From a bacterium (GTDB lineage Bacteria > UBA8248), in the NCBI GenBank assembly GCA_965213685.1, contig CBDBZY010000064.1:896001-960000 (forward strand): a DNA stretch of 64,000 nt, in the 5' to 3' direction. Below the pieces are notes generated by a model. It was not told where the DNA came from. It saw nothing but the letters and a program-made list of their open reading frames with translations, and did not search any database. A program made the position numbers and the translations under genes. Positions 1 through 16,692 of the stretch are shown piece after piece. How positions within the stretch are numbered: position 1 is the first letter of the stretch; each line of letters opens with the position of its first letter.

Positions 1-1335
1 GGGCCAATGTGTGAAGTCATTAGTGCCATACTGGTAACACTGGACAGTGGCACAGTAGTCAGCAGTGCTGTTCCACAGCTGGTGGGTTTGGAACCAGTTT
101 GGGGAGATCCACGTAACATCACCAGCCCAGACATCGAAAGTTTTCAACGACGGATAATCGGGCTTGTCTGCATGCTTGTTGAAAATCTTGAGAGTCAGGC
201 CACCGTGTAGCACCTTAATCACTGCGTATGCATTGCCGTGGTTGTGGATGGGACTGCCGTGGTTAGTGGGCCATATCTCCAGGACATATGGTATGCCTGG
301 TGAGCTCCCACGGTTGGTACCCAGTGTTACACGCAGGTAGGTTTGACTGAAATCTCCAAATTCATCTGTCTTGGACTTCAATTTCTGGTAGAGCTTTCCA
401 CTGGGGCCTTTAAGGCTGTAGCGAATCGCGTCAGAAAGGCAGTATTTGGTGGGTGTAGGGGACCAGTCCAGGTCAACATTTGGAGCAGTGACATTTGAAT
501 AGAGCTCCAAGCAGGCTGGAGGCAGGCTAGCCGAAAAGGTGAAGTTATTGTCATCCAACTCAAACAGATTAACTCTTGAGCTGTCTAGCACAAATGGAGA
601 CCAGTTGCACACAAATGGATCCTTGCTAAAGCTAACCTGGTGCTCAATGTCGATGACGGATGTAGCCAGGGTCTCAGATTCTGTGTCCAATGCGTTGCCA
701 GAACATGTAGGAAACATGGCACTCAGAGTGCACCCACGAAAGCCATCTTTGAGAAAGTGAGCTGCATACCGCTCGACCAACTCTTTCATCGGCTCAATAT
801 CGTACTGCTCAATGAGTCGGCGTACGGTCGGGCTGAAAAGGTATTGAAGCTTCTCTCGTACTTTCTCGTCCTCCACTTCATTTCCGGTAAGAAATCGGTA
901 CGTCATGAGCGTTGTCTCCTCCATGCAGTAACCTTTGCCGTACTTCAACGTCAGCAGATCACGATCGTAGCTGAACCAATACGAAATTTTTCGGTTTTGT
1001 TCGTAGCCGACATGCTCATTGTTAACGGTTCCTCGTACTTCCTTCAGTTGCTCTGCTTTCCCGTTAATGTGGATCTTAAAACTCGCTGAATGTTTACACA
1101 CTTCCAGCGCTATCCACTGGTCGGCTCCCGCTTGATGAGGTTTCAATTTCGGTCGGATGACGATGGAGAATGCAGTGCTGCGCTGGATGGAAAAGATGAG
1201 CGTGCCCTCTCCGATGACTGGGAAGTCTTTGGTCCAGTTTGGCTTCGTGCCATCCCGAATGAGACGCGCCGTATCAATACCCATCCCACCACAACCAGAG
1301 CTCTCCGATGGCACCTTTTCCGTCTCGGCTGACAT
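1..1335 (-). CDS. Intronless cysteine dioxygenase-like (thiol dioxygenase cupin) protein with long N-terminal extension; 3' end outside window
   Basis: Hand translation is open from ATG 1335 (MSAETEKVPS...) to base 1, 445 codons with no stop, so it is absent from the ORF track. Contains YLRVTLG...PYVLEIWPTNHGSPIHNHGNAYAVIKVLHGGL...GDVTWISPNWFQTHQLWN...CATVQCYQY, matching the CDO 3-His pattern (HxH at 238-246, third His at 82-84). Confidence 0.8.
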   Translation of the reverse strand, partial: MSAETEKVPSESSGCGGMGIDTARLIRDGTKPNWTKDFPVIGEGTLIFSIQRSTAFSIVIRPKLKPHQAGADQWIALEVCKHSASFKIHINGKAEQLKEVRGTVNNEHVGYEQNRKISYWFSYDRDLLTLKYGKGYCMEETTLMTYRFLTGNEVEDEKVREKLQYLFSPTVRRLIEQYDIEPMKELVERYAAHFLKDGFRGCTLSAMFPTCSGNALDTESETLATSVIDIEHQVSFSKDPFVCNWSPFVLDSSRVNLFELDDNNFTFSASLPPACLELYSNVTAPNVDLDWSPTPTKYCLSDAIRYSLKGPSGKLYQKLKSKTDEFGDFSQTYLRVTLGTNRGSSPGIPYVLEIWPTNHGSPIHNHGNAYAVIKVLHGGLTLKIFNKHADKPDYPSLKTFDVWAGDVTWISPNWFQTHQLWNSTADYCATVQCYQYGTNDFTHWP

Positions 1336-1418
1336 TACTTTGGCGCGAGCAAGTTTCTTTTGGAAAACGTTCTGAATACAGTGACCCAGCTGAATTGCAC
1401 AGCTTTGATTCCTGCTTC

Positions 1419-4400
1419 CCCTTTATACCCGGAATAGCGCGCTTGCGCGAGTTCACGTGTAACGGAATTAATTGCGTATTTAACGCGGCACGTGTTCTAC
1501 TAATCTTTCGACTGCTCTGCCCGTCAATGGACAGGCCCAGACTGGATTAGAAGCTCCTAGAATGATATTCCAGAGGAAAAGCGCCGTTTTGATTGCTACT
1601 ACACGAAGCAGAGACGAGGATACGTGCCAAAGTAAGGTAAGTGAACGCAGCTGGCGTCTTGAATGAGAGAGAAGTGGAATAAACGAGGAAGTAAAGAGCA
1701 AATGGGTTGAAAGGAGGGAGGGAGAAAGAGATAGAGGAATGGAGGGAGGAGAGAGAGTAAGGGAGTGAGGGGGTAGAGTGGGAAGAGGGAGGCAGGTAGG
1801 CAGGGGAGGGAGTAGGTGAGCAAAACGGGGAAGGAAGTGGGAGGACAGGGGGAATGAGATTATAATGCCTAATTTTGTGTAAATGCAAGAGAAACCTGTA
1901 GTACCAAGTTGCATCCCTCCATCTATGGACTGTTCATGAAGAGTAAATGTAGATTACACACAGACAACAGTGGAGTGCTAAGGACATAGATACACAACAT
2001 GGGTGAATGGAGATGAGCACATTTACATATGACAAGTAGGGATGATGAACGAGCTTAGGTAGGGGATGGCACTCACGTACATGGCTTGGTATGCATGTAG
2101 TATCTGCATGAGTGACTCTGTACATGTATGGAGGGTAAGTGCAATGCTCATAGTAGAAGAGCATGTAAGTGAGTACACAAAAAGTGAGATGACAAACTAG
2201 ACGTTGTGTTCATCTCTGATGACATGGTGGAGGTGGTACTGCAAGAAGCAGTCATCGTCTTTGCCATTATGGCAGAGAAAGTGGTCACAATCTTTACAAT
2301 ACCATACTGTCTGGTGCCTCTGCTTTTTGTAATTGTAACAGTAGTAGCAGCGGCGACCTTTGTCTGCTCCTCGCATAGGAAAGTGTGCAGTACAAAACCG
2401 TTTGACTGGTTGAGAGACGGATGGACGGCCAGGACGCTTACGGCTGCAGTATTCTCCAATGAGCTCTCTTGCCAGGTCAGTACGAAAGGTAATCACACTT
2501 TTCATATTTGTGTTGATGTATTGCTTGTAAAGAATAAAACTATTGGTAACTGCTACATCAAATAGAAACCAAAAGATGTATTTGTAGTACTTTCTACACT
2601 TAAGTCTCACATGGTAGTATCCCCTTAGCTGGTCATTTCGATCAACGCCACCCATGTGTTGATTGTACAAGGCAATTGATTTGGGACATTTGACTTTGCT
2701 ACGTGTACCATCTTTATTCTTTCGTAACACATAACATGTACTGGTAGGGTCTGCATTAGTAGCTGCTGCACATACAGTCCTATTATCTTGCCATACTGTC
2801 ACTGTGAGATTTTTACGTTGGTATGTCTGGCTTTCTCCCCGCTCTTTGAACCCTTTCTTTGCCACAGATTTTAGCTTTTCTGGGAAACCTCTACGGTCAG
2901 CTCTCATTGTGCCGCATGCGTACAGGCCAGACTTCAAAAGGTCCAGAAGTAATCCTATACTAGTGAAATAATTATCAAAATATATGTGTCTGTATGTGTT
3001 TGTGTAAGCACGAGTTAGTGTTTTTACTACGGTTGCTCCCAAGTTTTTTTGAGTGGTGTTAGACTTTTTGCCAGTGTATACCTCAAAATCTGACAAATAG
3101 CCATTTAGGGAGTCAGATATTGCCCATACCTTTATTCCTCTCTTTATGGGCTTTTTAGGCATATACTGCTTTAGAGACGATCGACCTTTGAATCTAATCA
3201 TTGCTTCATCGACACTCATAGTCATGTGAGGGCAGTAAACCAATTGAAATGTCGTTAGCAACCTTGCAATTATTGGTCTTATTTTTCCCAACTTGTCATA
3301 CTCAGGGTTACCAGGAGGAGAAAGAGTGCTATTTTCCACAAAGTGTAAATAGCGGTGAAGCTCAAAGAATCTGTCTCGGGATATCCTTTTTGCAACAGGT
3401 GAGTAGTAGAAAAATTCGTCTGTTTTCCAGTAATGATATATTGATGGTAGATGACATATTCCCATCAATATCATGAATCCCATGTAGGCTTGAAGCTCTT
3501 CTATTGTTACCTTTTCCCATCTGTGAAACCTCTCTCCTCCCATACACTCTAAGGCATATTGGTTGGTCTGCAGCACAATGTACTGCAGTAGTGTTGATGT
3601 AAAAAATAGGCTGAAAATACCAAATGGGGAGGAAGGAAGTGGTGCTTTGGGTCCTGGCGTTTCAGTGAAGGGCTGTGTTGTCACAGCCTTTAGTGATGAT
3701 GACCACTTGATGCACTCAATACTGTATGAAAGAGGAGTGAATAAGGCATATACATGTTACACCCAAACCTTGGCGAGAATGTGCTTTACCTTTCCGTTTC
3801 CTCAGGATCACTATCAGAGAGGTTGTCAAGAAGGGTTTCACTGTCATCAAGGGGAATCTCACTGGGGGGAGGGTCTTCGAGAGGGATGTCACTACAGGGA
3901 GTACATGCGCATGTATTTGTTTTTCACTGTTCGTATGTTATCTTTGAAGGCATGTATAGGTACATGTATCCTTGTAGAAATGTAACACTTCAGTACCGTA
4001 TGTAAAAGGTGTGAAAAAGCATACACATGTTGCAGCTAACTTGCTGTCATAGGGTATATTATTTTACCTTTCCATGTCTTCAGGAGGAACATCACTGTCT
4101 GAAGTGTTGAGAGGGCTGTAAGGAGGATCATCAGGAGGAATGTCACTAGTGGGAGGATCTTCAAGGGGGATATCACTATGGGAAGTACATGTGCATGTAA
4201 TTGTTTACAACACTTTCATAATTATGCAACCTTTCAAAGGTAAATTTAGCAAAATGAGTACACTGTGTATGTACCTCACCTGTCATCTCTACTGCCATCA
4301 TCGTCAAAGCTGAAATGTGTAGAGGAGTAAGTATTCAACTATAGCACTGTGGCTGTAGTATTCTGACTTTTGCTTACCTGTTCATGCCAATCTCTTCCTC

Positions 4401-4840
4401 CGGCAGCCCAAATTCCTCATCACTTCCTGGAAAGAAGACATCCTCCAGTTCCCCGTCCTCTCCTTCTTCATCCAAGAGAAGAAGGACCTCGGCTCCAGTA
4501 AAAGAAGCTCTCATACAGTTCCCCTCCACTCTAAGCCCAGAGTATTATGTACTGTCATAGTACTTGTTATCATTATTAATAGCTTGCGTTTACCTCTATC
4601 CACAGCAAATGAATGTTCTTGTTGAGCGGGTTGTACAGTTGGTTGGGGTGCAGTTCAAAACTACAAGACTCCACTGAATGCACAAGTAGTATTGGAATGT
4701 TTACTACGCACTCCGCAGCTGGAATGAACCGTTACTGAAGCAGCGCTCGCGCGTAGTTGGCTATGACGTCTATACCCGTCACTCGTCATTAACGACATAC
4801 GCGCTAATGACTGCTTTAGCCGTCATCCGGGTATAAAGGG
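1419..4840 (-). mobile_element. piggyBac DNA transposon, apparently autonomous
   Basis: 15-bp TIRs CCCTTTATACCCGGA (1419-1433) and TCCGGGTATAAAGGG (4826-4840) enclose a transposase gene. Flanks read CTTC and TAAG, not a clean TTAA duplication. Confidence 0.9.
2197..4514 (-). CDS. piggyBac transposase, 5 exons (4514-4378, 4309-4280, 4175-4068, 3891-3790, 3721-2197), about 633 aa
   Basis: Four phase-2 GT-AG introns join an acidic N-terminus (MRASFTGAEVLLLLDEEGEDGELEDVFFPGSDEEFG) to the long ORF. DDD triad VDEAM / FDNYFTS / GGVDRNDQ and C-terminal Cys-rich domain RRCYYC...WYCKDCDHFLC...CFLQYH. No stops or frameshifts in the model. Confidence 0.9.
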
Positions 4841-4844
4841 TAAG

Positions 4845-4950
4845 GGAAATCACAATGGCCCTGACATCATGTCGCGTGGAACATGGCGGAAAAAGGTTGG
4901 CCGTGAGCGGAAGTTTAACGGCCACGCCTACTGGTGGGCGCATGCGTAGA
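4845..4950. promoter_or_regulatory. CpG-rich promoter-like segment (YY1-like ATGGCGG, ETS CGGAAGT, NRF1-like GCGCATGCG)
   Basis: Three housekeeping-promoter motifs within about 70 bp just right of the piggyBac. Possibly the displaced promoter of the CDO-like gene. Confidence 0.4.
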
Positions 4951-5490
4951 TGTCACTGCTGTAAGACACTGCTGGCATCACTGATAATCTACTTGACTGA
5001 AGAGTTCAGTATGTTTCTATTGGTCAATCTAATTCTAATAACTTACCTGTCATTTCTGGTGTTCCACAAGGAAGTATTTTGGGTCCACTTTTGTTCCCTA
5101 TTTTCAATGATCTTCCTACAACATTATCAGTGTCCTCAAACGTCTTGCTCTTTGCAGATGATGCCAAGTGTTTGATGCCTGTTCTTTGCAAGATTGCACA
5201 CTTCTTCAGAATGATCTGACAAGACTCTTTGGGTGGTGTCTGTCTTGGAACCTTTTTCTAAACGAAATAAATGTTCTGTTGTTCATTACAAAACTGGTCT
5301 TTCTCCTACATTTTTGAATAACAAACTGATTGTCTCTAAATATGTGGAAAAGGATCTCGGTCTGAATGTATCTGCTGGTCTCAAATGGAGACCTCATTAT
5401 CAACTTATCACTTCTAAGACTTACAAAATGTTTGTTTGTTGTGCAGAGTTTTCTCTTGACATGTGTCTGTTTCTGCTAAGCGCTCTTTAA
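4950..5490 (+). mobile_element. Degenerate CR1/L2-type LINE reverse transcriptase fragment
   Basis: Broken frames read SGVPQGSILGPLLF...NDLP...LLFADDAKC...EKDLG, with stops and frameshifts. Confidence 0.75.
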
Positions 5491-6871
5491 GCACCCTAGA
5501 AGAACCCTATTCACCCTCAATAATTGCATTTAGGTGGACCATAGCTGGAAATACTTGTGTCTCCTCATAACACCTTATCGTACTTGGACAGTACACTCTG
5601 CAAAAATGCTCGGATTCTTATCCTGTCCGGGATGCGATTTTTTATCTGACGTACACTTTCTGGACTTGATCTCTGGACAAACGTATACGCTAGACGAAAT
5701 GCGCATGCGCAAACTTGATTGTAGATGGGGGAAATAGATCGTTTGGCGGGATTGTCAGGTCTTTGATGGCGTTCGAAAGGCTTCTGGGACAAGACATATG
5801 CACGTCCAGCCAACTGCCATATCCAGAAGGCGTGAAGGAGTCACAAAGGGAAGTAAACTAGGTCCGAGTGGTAGGCCTCCCAAACGTCCTCTTGATGATG
5901 ATCCAAGTGCTCAGACAAAGCGAAGTTTGTGTTGTCTATTCAAGTTGTGTGTTGTATACTAGTAGACTATACTGTACGCGAATATTATATCAAACATTAC
6001 CTGTCCATTCAATTCTCTTCGAGTCTTCCACCTTGTTATGTAATTAGCAGCAAGTCAGCAGTCAGCAGCTATACAGTCCAATCGCCAACGTGCGCTTTTA
6101 ATTATAAGGCGGATGTACTTCCGGTCGCTCTCCATGTTTTGCGGTTTTGTTGATATTTTTGCGATGCGTTTTTGAACCATCATATCTCTAGAACTACCCA
6201 AGCAATCTCCTACAAACTAATATGAACGGTTCTTCAACCCTTCCACAGCCGATACGCAAACAGAGCTGAACAATAGCCATGTCCTAGACTGCCGTAGCCT
6301 TTGTCTAGCCGTACCATCCAGTTTGTCCCGGAAGTAAGGGACCTTTACGTTTACCGTCCGAACGTCGGTTCTCCCCAACGAAACCATTCCTTATTGACTA
6401 CACTAATAGCTTAATGTTAGCTCCCCTCTACCATGAAATTTGGACTTGTTCTACCGTTATTTACATGCAAACAGCACCATGCGTTTTGGTGTACGTCACA
6501 CGTAATACAAATCACTAGTCCACTTGGAGAGGCAATGTAGAAGAGTACACTGCACGTGTAAACACTTATATGTAGTACTATCACTCAACAGAGTGAGAAC
6601 CATCACAACAAGATCCAGAAATACACAGGTAAGAGTAGTTACATCCACCATTCACCAAGGCCGACCAAACCAGCTTTGCATTCTCTGCAAAGCATGCAAT
6701 CCTTCCACTCAAATTCATGGAATGATGCAACTTGCTTGAAAATCTCAGTATACATGAGCCCTCTGTTGTTGTCTAACTGGAGAGATGTATTTGCAGGTTA
6801 TGCTGGGATGATATCAGTAAGACCTCTACCCAGACAGAGACAATAAAAGTCCGTGTTACACACAGCAAAAG

Positions 6872-7090
6872 GACATTGTTCATTTAACAAAGACCTTTGT
6901 CATGTGAGTTGCAGATATATGTAAATTGTACTCTCATATACTACAAATGATATCATCACAGCTGTTGTGGGCTGTACTGTGGCCACATGACAAGGAAATG
7001 TTGTGATTGTGTACTACATGGGAATAAAGTATGGACATGGTTACACAAGTGCAACTCACATGACAAAGGTCTTTGTTAAAGGAACAATTC
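6872..7090. repeat. Inverted repeat of about 40 bp (foldback/MITE relic)
   Basis: TTTAACAAAGACCTTTGTCATGTGAGTTGCA near 6883 and its reverse complement TGCAACTCACATGACAAAGGTCTTTGTTAAA near 7050. Confidence 0.7.
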
Positions 7091-8674
7091 TGTTTTTGCA
7101 GTGCATTCGCAGCTGTAAACTACCATGTACTATAAGTAACAAAAGGTGTAAGATTACAGGCATGCAGGCTGATATCATTAGTCCTAATGATGACAGAGAA
7201 GCACCCCTGTGTGTGGTACATTAACAGCATGTAAAAGCATGCCTGAGATAGGTATCCTGTTTTGGACATTGTATGGGAAAACAGAGAAAACTTGGACTGA
7301 TTTGTTGACTTTTCTAGATTTAGAGAAAGACTAGAGGGTGCTGACCACGGTGATTGCTATACATGGGTTCATTTCTAAACTGTGTTAAAGGATGCCTCAG
7401 TAAATAGGGAGTGAAAGCATTGCTATACATGGGTTCATTTGTAAAGGATGCCTCAGTAAATAGGGAGAGAAAGGAGAGGTGGAGTGAGTGAAATGGCCAA
7501 ATTGAAACATATGGTAAGGAGGTTGACTTGATGAACATAAGAGAGCTGTTAGGACAGCTGATTTCCAGCTCTGGTGGAACATACATGGTACTGTGGTCAT
7601 CTTGTTGAGTGGGAGAATGTAGCAACACTAGCCCATGACTTGGATCACCACGTTAGACTCAGCTTGGAGTCAGTTCACATTTGTTCTACCAACGAATTAT
7701 TGAACAATCATTGAACAGGAACAGATGTATTCTAACGCATGTGTATGATTACTTGTTTTAGTGTACATTTAAGATTCCACATCTTTGTTGTAGTTGCTCC
7801 AGTGTGTGTCTCTTGTTACATTGCACTGATGATGGCATTTGTATAGATACTGAAACATTTGCTGGAAAGTAAATGTCATTGGCTAGTGTAATCAGTTTAG
7901 TTTAAGCATGAATCCTCCTAGCCAGAGAGACTTTTTGGCATTGAAAGTGACACAGAGACAACATGGACCTAAAGAGAGAAGTAGACATGGAGATATACAC
8001 TAGACTTAAGAAGAGTATACTACAGAGGAAGACAGTGACACTAGTAGTGCCATGACTACGGATTTGGAACTTGGTACTTAATGTGTGATGCTGTTGGTGT
8101 ACATTATTCACTGCGGTTTACACATAAACTTGTCCATATTTCAACCATTGATATTTCGTAAACCCTACTGTAGAACAGCTTACTTTTTTTCATGTGGCAG
8201 CAACTGCCTTTGATGTACGTTAGTCTAGCTCGGCAGTCCACATAGTCTTGGAGAACCGCTATTCGGACATGGTATATACACGGTGTTGTAACCGTCGATC
8301 TGTAGGTACCTGAGTCTCCTGGAATGCAGCTCCATTCTGGTTAATGCCAGAAATGTGCAGTTTGCAAAGACCGATTCCAGAACACCCGTTCTCAGCTGCA
8401 AAAAAGGTCCGCTTCCAAAATATTACACGGTTAGCGAGAAAAGCCCACTGAAACAAGAGCCAAAAATCGGTGGATTTTCTTTGCTCGCACGTCTATGACG
8501 TAATGCGTTTTGCATACTAAATTAAACTTGTACACGCACTATGCTGACTTCCGGTCTCTGGCGATTGGACTGTATACCTCCACTGCTAGAATCTACACCA
8601 GCAGCTACACTAGATGGGCGGCGCCCGTCCAGGACCGGTGCCGCCCATCTGTCAACTTTGTCAGCTCTGTCAAC

Positions 8675-10476
8675 GGATCATGTGGAGAGAACGGACCCAG
8701 CGCGCTATCACTCCCGGAAGCCATACAAGTGCCCGCGCTGTCACGCCCGCGGTCACGCGCTATGCCACGCCCCCAAAATCCATACGCACCTGCATGAGGG
8801 GCTGTTAGATGTTGTAATCCGTATAGCTAGGCAATAAAGTTGGTGATCAAGTTGTTCTAGGTGCTTGCCCTAGCCCAAGCTTTCCCAAGGCCAGCCGCAA
8901 CAAGCTGAACAACCTTTGAGGTTACCCCAAGCCAACAATTGGGGCTCAGGTTGTTTCAAACGCCAAGAGCTCCAGAGTGGGACTCAGTGGAAGGCATTAT
9001 CTTTTGGATTAGTGGTAGCTTTGAAAAAAGCTGGTTTGTAAAGGAAGAAAAGGAAAGTAATAGAAAGGGAGCTTTGAAAAAAGCTGGTTTTAATGAAATC
9101 AAAAGTGGGCCCATTGCCCCGTAACCATCTACTGGGGGTACCACAAACTGATGTCCTGGAAGAGGCTGGTGAGAGCTGCAGATGCTGTCCGTCCATGTCT
9201 CTCCCTCCACATGAACTCGTCCAGATAGGACGACAGCATCTCCTCATGGACACCCTTCATCCGCTTGAATTTTCCCTTCACGCGGTTCCAATAGGACTCC
9301 ACATTCTGTGTGTGGACTCCTGTCACTGGGTCAACAAAGTGAAGGGAGTGGTTCACTGTGTTGTGTGTGGACACTGAAGGCAGCTGCTGCACCCTGCTGT
9401 AGGCAGCCCAGTGGTCACTGTGGACTATTGTTCCACTGCAGAGATGCCTCTGCATAACTGGCAACAGTGTTGTTGCTGTACGGTTGGGAATGATGCACAT
9501 AACACCAAGTCCTGGTGTCTGGCTTACATCGCACATCCCAAACACCCACACTTCATTTCTGGGGGCACGCCCACGATGGTACTGCAAAAGATTGGATTAA
9601 TAATTTTACTGTGGTTACAGATTTATGGACAACATACCTTGGGCTTGTGACAACAGAGACTCGTCAATTTGTACTGTCACACCTGGCCCTCCAAGCTGCA
9701 GTGGTGCATCTTGGTTCAAAAGCCTCCAGCTGCACACATCCCTGCAGTACTGGTAGGCCTGGATGGCCGTCTTCCTGTCCACTTCAGCCTCCTCAGCAGC
9801 ATCGGTTACAGGGTACTCCCTAGCCCACTAGTAAAATAAAACCAGCCACTGCTTCAGGGACAACCGAAACTTCTCAAAAAATGTCCCACTCCGGAGGCTG
9901 ACAGACTGTTTACAAGTGGAGACAGGACATCTCCACCTAAACGTAGATATTATGTATTAGTGTACGAATACCCGCATTTTGTATTGCGTGTATATGCAGT
10001 CTCACCTGTATTTTTCTGTGATGTCGCTCCTGGATTGGATCTCCATCGTGTGACTGCAGGCTGGGCAGACCTTCTGCTGAGCAATCAGGCCCCTGGTTTG
10101 GAACCAGTTGATAAGCTGGTCTGAGTCGCCTGCAAGAATACTGGCCAGTTCAATGATACTAGCAGCCATTCTGTTCAGTTGACTGTGACAAACTAGGAAT
10201 TCCCGCCGTTTCATTTTTGTATATAGCGCTTCGAGACTTTGACGTTTGCCGCTTTGTTTTCTATTGGACTGTCTTTTACCGCTAAACGATACCCCGCGAG
10301 ATTTTACCGCTATTGCTGTGTCAGATGCAGCATCTAACAGCCCCTCCTTTTCTTTATGCAGGTGCGTAAGGATTTTGGGGGCGTGGCATAGCGCGTGACC
10401 GCGGGCGTGACAGAGCGGGCACTTGTATGGCTTCCGGAAGTGATAGCGCGCTGGGTCCGTTCTCTCCACATGATCC
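8675..10476 (-). mobile_element. Merlin (IS1016/IS1595-like) DNA transposon
   Basis: TIRs of about 140 bp starting GGATCATGTGGAGAGAACGG (8675-8811 and 10331-10476); perfect 8-bp TSD CTGTCAAC at 8667-8674 and 10477-10484. Confidence 0.92.
9129..10169 (-). pseudogene. Merlin DDE transposase, 3 exons (10169-10006, 9936-9638, 9581-9129), disabled
   Basis: Zn-ribbon CPAC...WRCPVSTC and DDE motifs VQIDES / IVHSDHWAAY / HTQNVESYW. In-frame TAG at 9828-9830 and a frameshift just after IDESL. Confidence 0.88.
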
Positions 10477-10729
10477 CTGTCAACTCTGTCAACCTTGTCA
10501 ACTTTGTCAAAGCAAAAGAGTGAGTAAGTGTACAAGGTATCTACAGCTACACCTCCACTATCTACAATCTACACAAAACCTATGCAATAAAACCACGTGA
10601 CCACACACACTAAATCACGTGACTATACGTGCCCCCCCAGCCTAAGTCCAGAAAGTGTACGTCAGATAAAAAATCGCGTCCGGGATCCGATCCGCCCGTA
10701 AACGTTTGTGCTCACGCGATGCAATGTAA

Positions 10730-10815
10730 ATTACGTCATAAAATTAATGCTAAATTTAGCTTGCACTCTCATTGGTCGGATCAGCATCTCAGTACTTCAC
10801 TTACATATAAAATCT
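10730..10815 (+). promoter_or_regulatory. Beta-tubulin proximal promoter (CRE-like TTACGTCA, inverted CCAAT, TATA box)
   Basis: TTACGTCA at 10731, ATTGG at 10771, TATAAAA at 10806-10812, about 90 bp upstream of the ATG. Confidence 0.55.
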
Positions 10816-10902
10816 CGCTGCGCGTATTTTGGTGCACAGTAATAAGCTCTCGCCTCGCCTAGCGGTTTCTAAGTTTCTCGGTGTTCTTCCCTCTTCTGCA
10901 GA

Positions 10903-15626
<4,724 letters not shown>

Positions 15627-16692
15627 AGTGCACCTGCCCTTTCCCTAGACATCACGTTTGAACAACTGAAGGACAATTAGAATGTCTTGTGTTATGTTAG
15701 TTTAGGATTCTGCTCTGTTTTTCTTACAACTGACATTTCTCAGTTATATCAAATATAAGGGTACTAAATGTGCATGAAGGTACTGGGTGTATCTACATGT
15801 GTGCCTGCGTATTGTTGTTACAAGGCTGCTAGGGAGAATTGCAATGTGCAAGCTGGAGTATGCAGGTATGTATTGGTGTTTGGAGGCTAGCAATTTTGCG
15901 GAGTAGGTGGTGTACCTTAATTCTGACAGACCTCACCTGCGAGGAAAAGGGTCTGGAGCCTAATGCATGTGTGTGCTGTTCCAGTAAGCCAATTGGAAGC
16001 AAGCTCCTGTCCGTCAGCTTTGTAACTATGACAACCTACTGCTTGTGTGGAAATCCTCTTGTATCCAGACCCCACCCTGATGTCACATGACTATGATAAA
16101 CCCAGACCACAAGAGGGTGGGGTCTGGGCACAAGACTACCTCTGAACAAGTGTTAATGCCAGTGACTTGTGTGGTCAATTTGGGTTTAAGTGACTTGAGA
16201 AACTGCTTCACCCATGATGCTAGCAGGTGTTGCCATGACAGCATGTTGACCATACAGGGGCGTAGGATCTTGATTGCATTGATTTTAGAACCAGAATTGG
16301 AATGTGCAACAGATTTCATAGTATAATATTTATATGCTTTTCACTGTCTCAATAGTCAGGTCTAATCCTTCCAGTAGACCATCTATTATCACTGAGAAAC
16401 ATACCAAAACGGTCCAAAAGAGGTTTTTGTCTGAACCACATACATGTACTTGAATGAACACCTAGACATTATGTAGTGACAGAGAACTCCAAGTTTATCA
16501 TTTTTATAGATGTTTATGCAATTTGACAACAGCTAGTGTGGTCAGTAGCAAATCACTCGGTCTACAGTAATTAATGGTCACATGACAGAATCATAGTGAT
16601 ATATACTACACCAGTTGTAGTGATAATGGATGAAAATAAAATGCTCACATTGAGAAATACAACACGTGTGAAGTGTGAGAGTGCAGTGCAGC

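Noticed and set aside
5530-8500. Possible Kolobok-like non-autonomous element and decayed coding remnants
   Set aside because: Termini (AGGTGGAC / GTCCACTT) are too short and no protein motif could be read with confidence.
8541-8837. Zinc-finger-like ORFs (RKPYKCPRCH), mirrored at 10002-10535
   Set aside because: Chance translation of the two Merlin TIRs.
8641-10510. Short TGTCAAC repeats as a CRISPR-like array
   Set aside because: 9-bp tandem units with no spacers, no cas genes, eukaryotic context.
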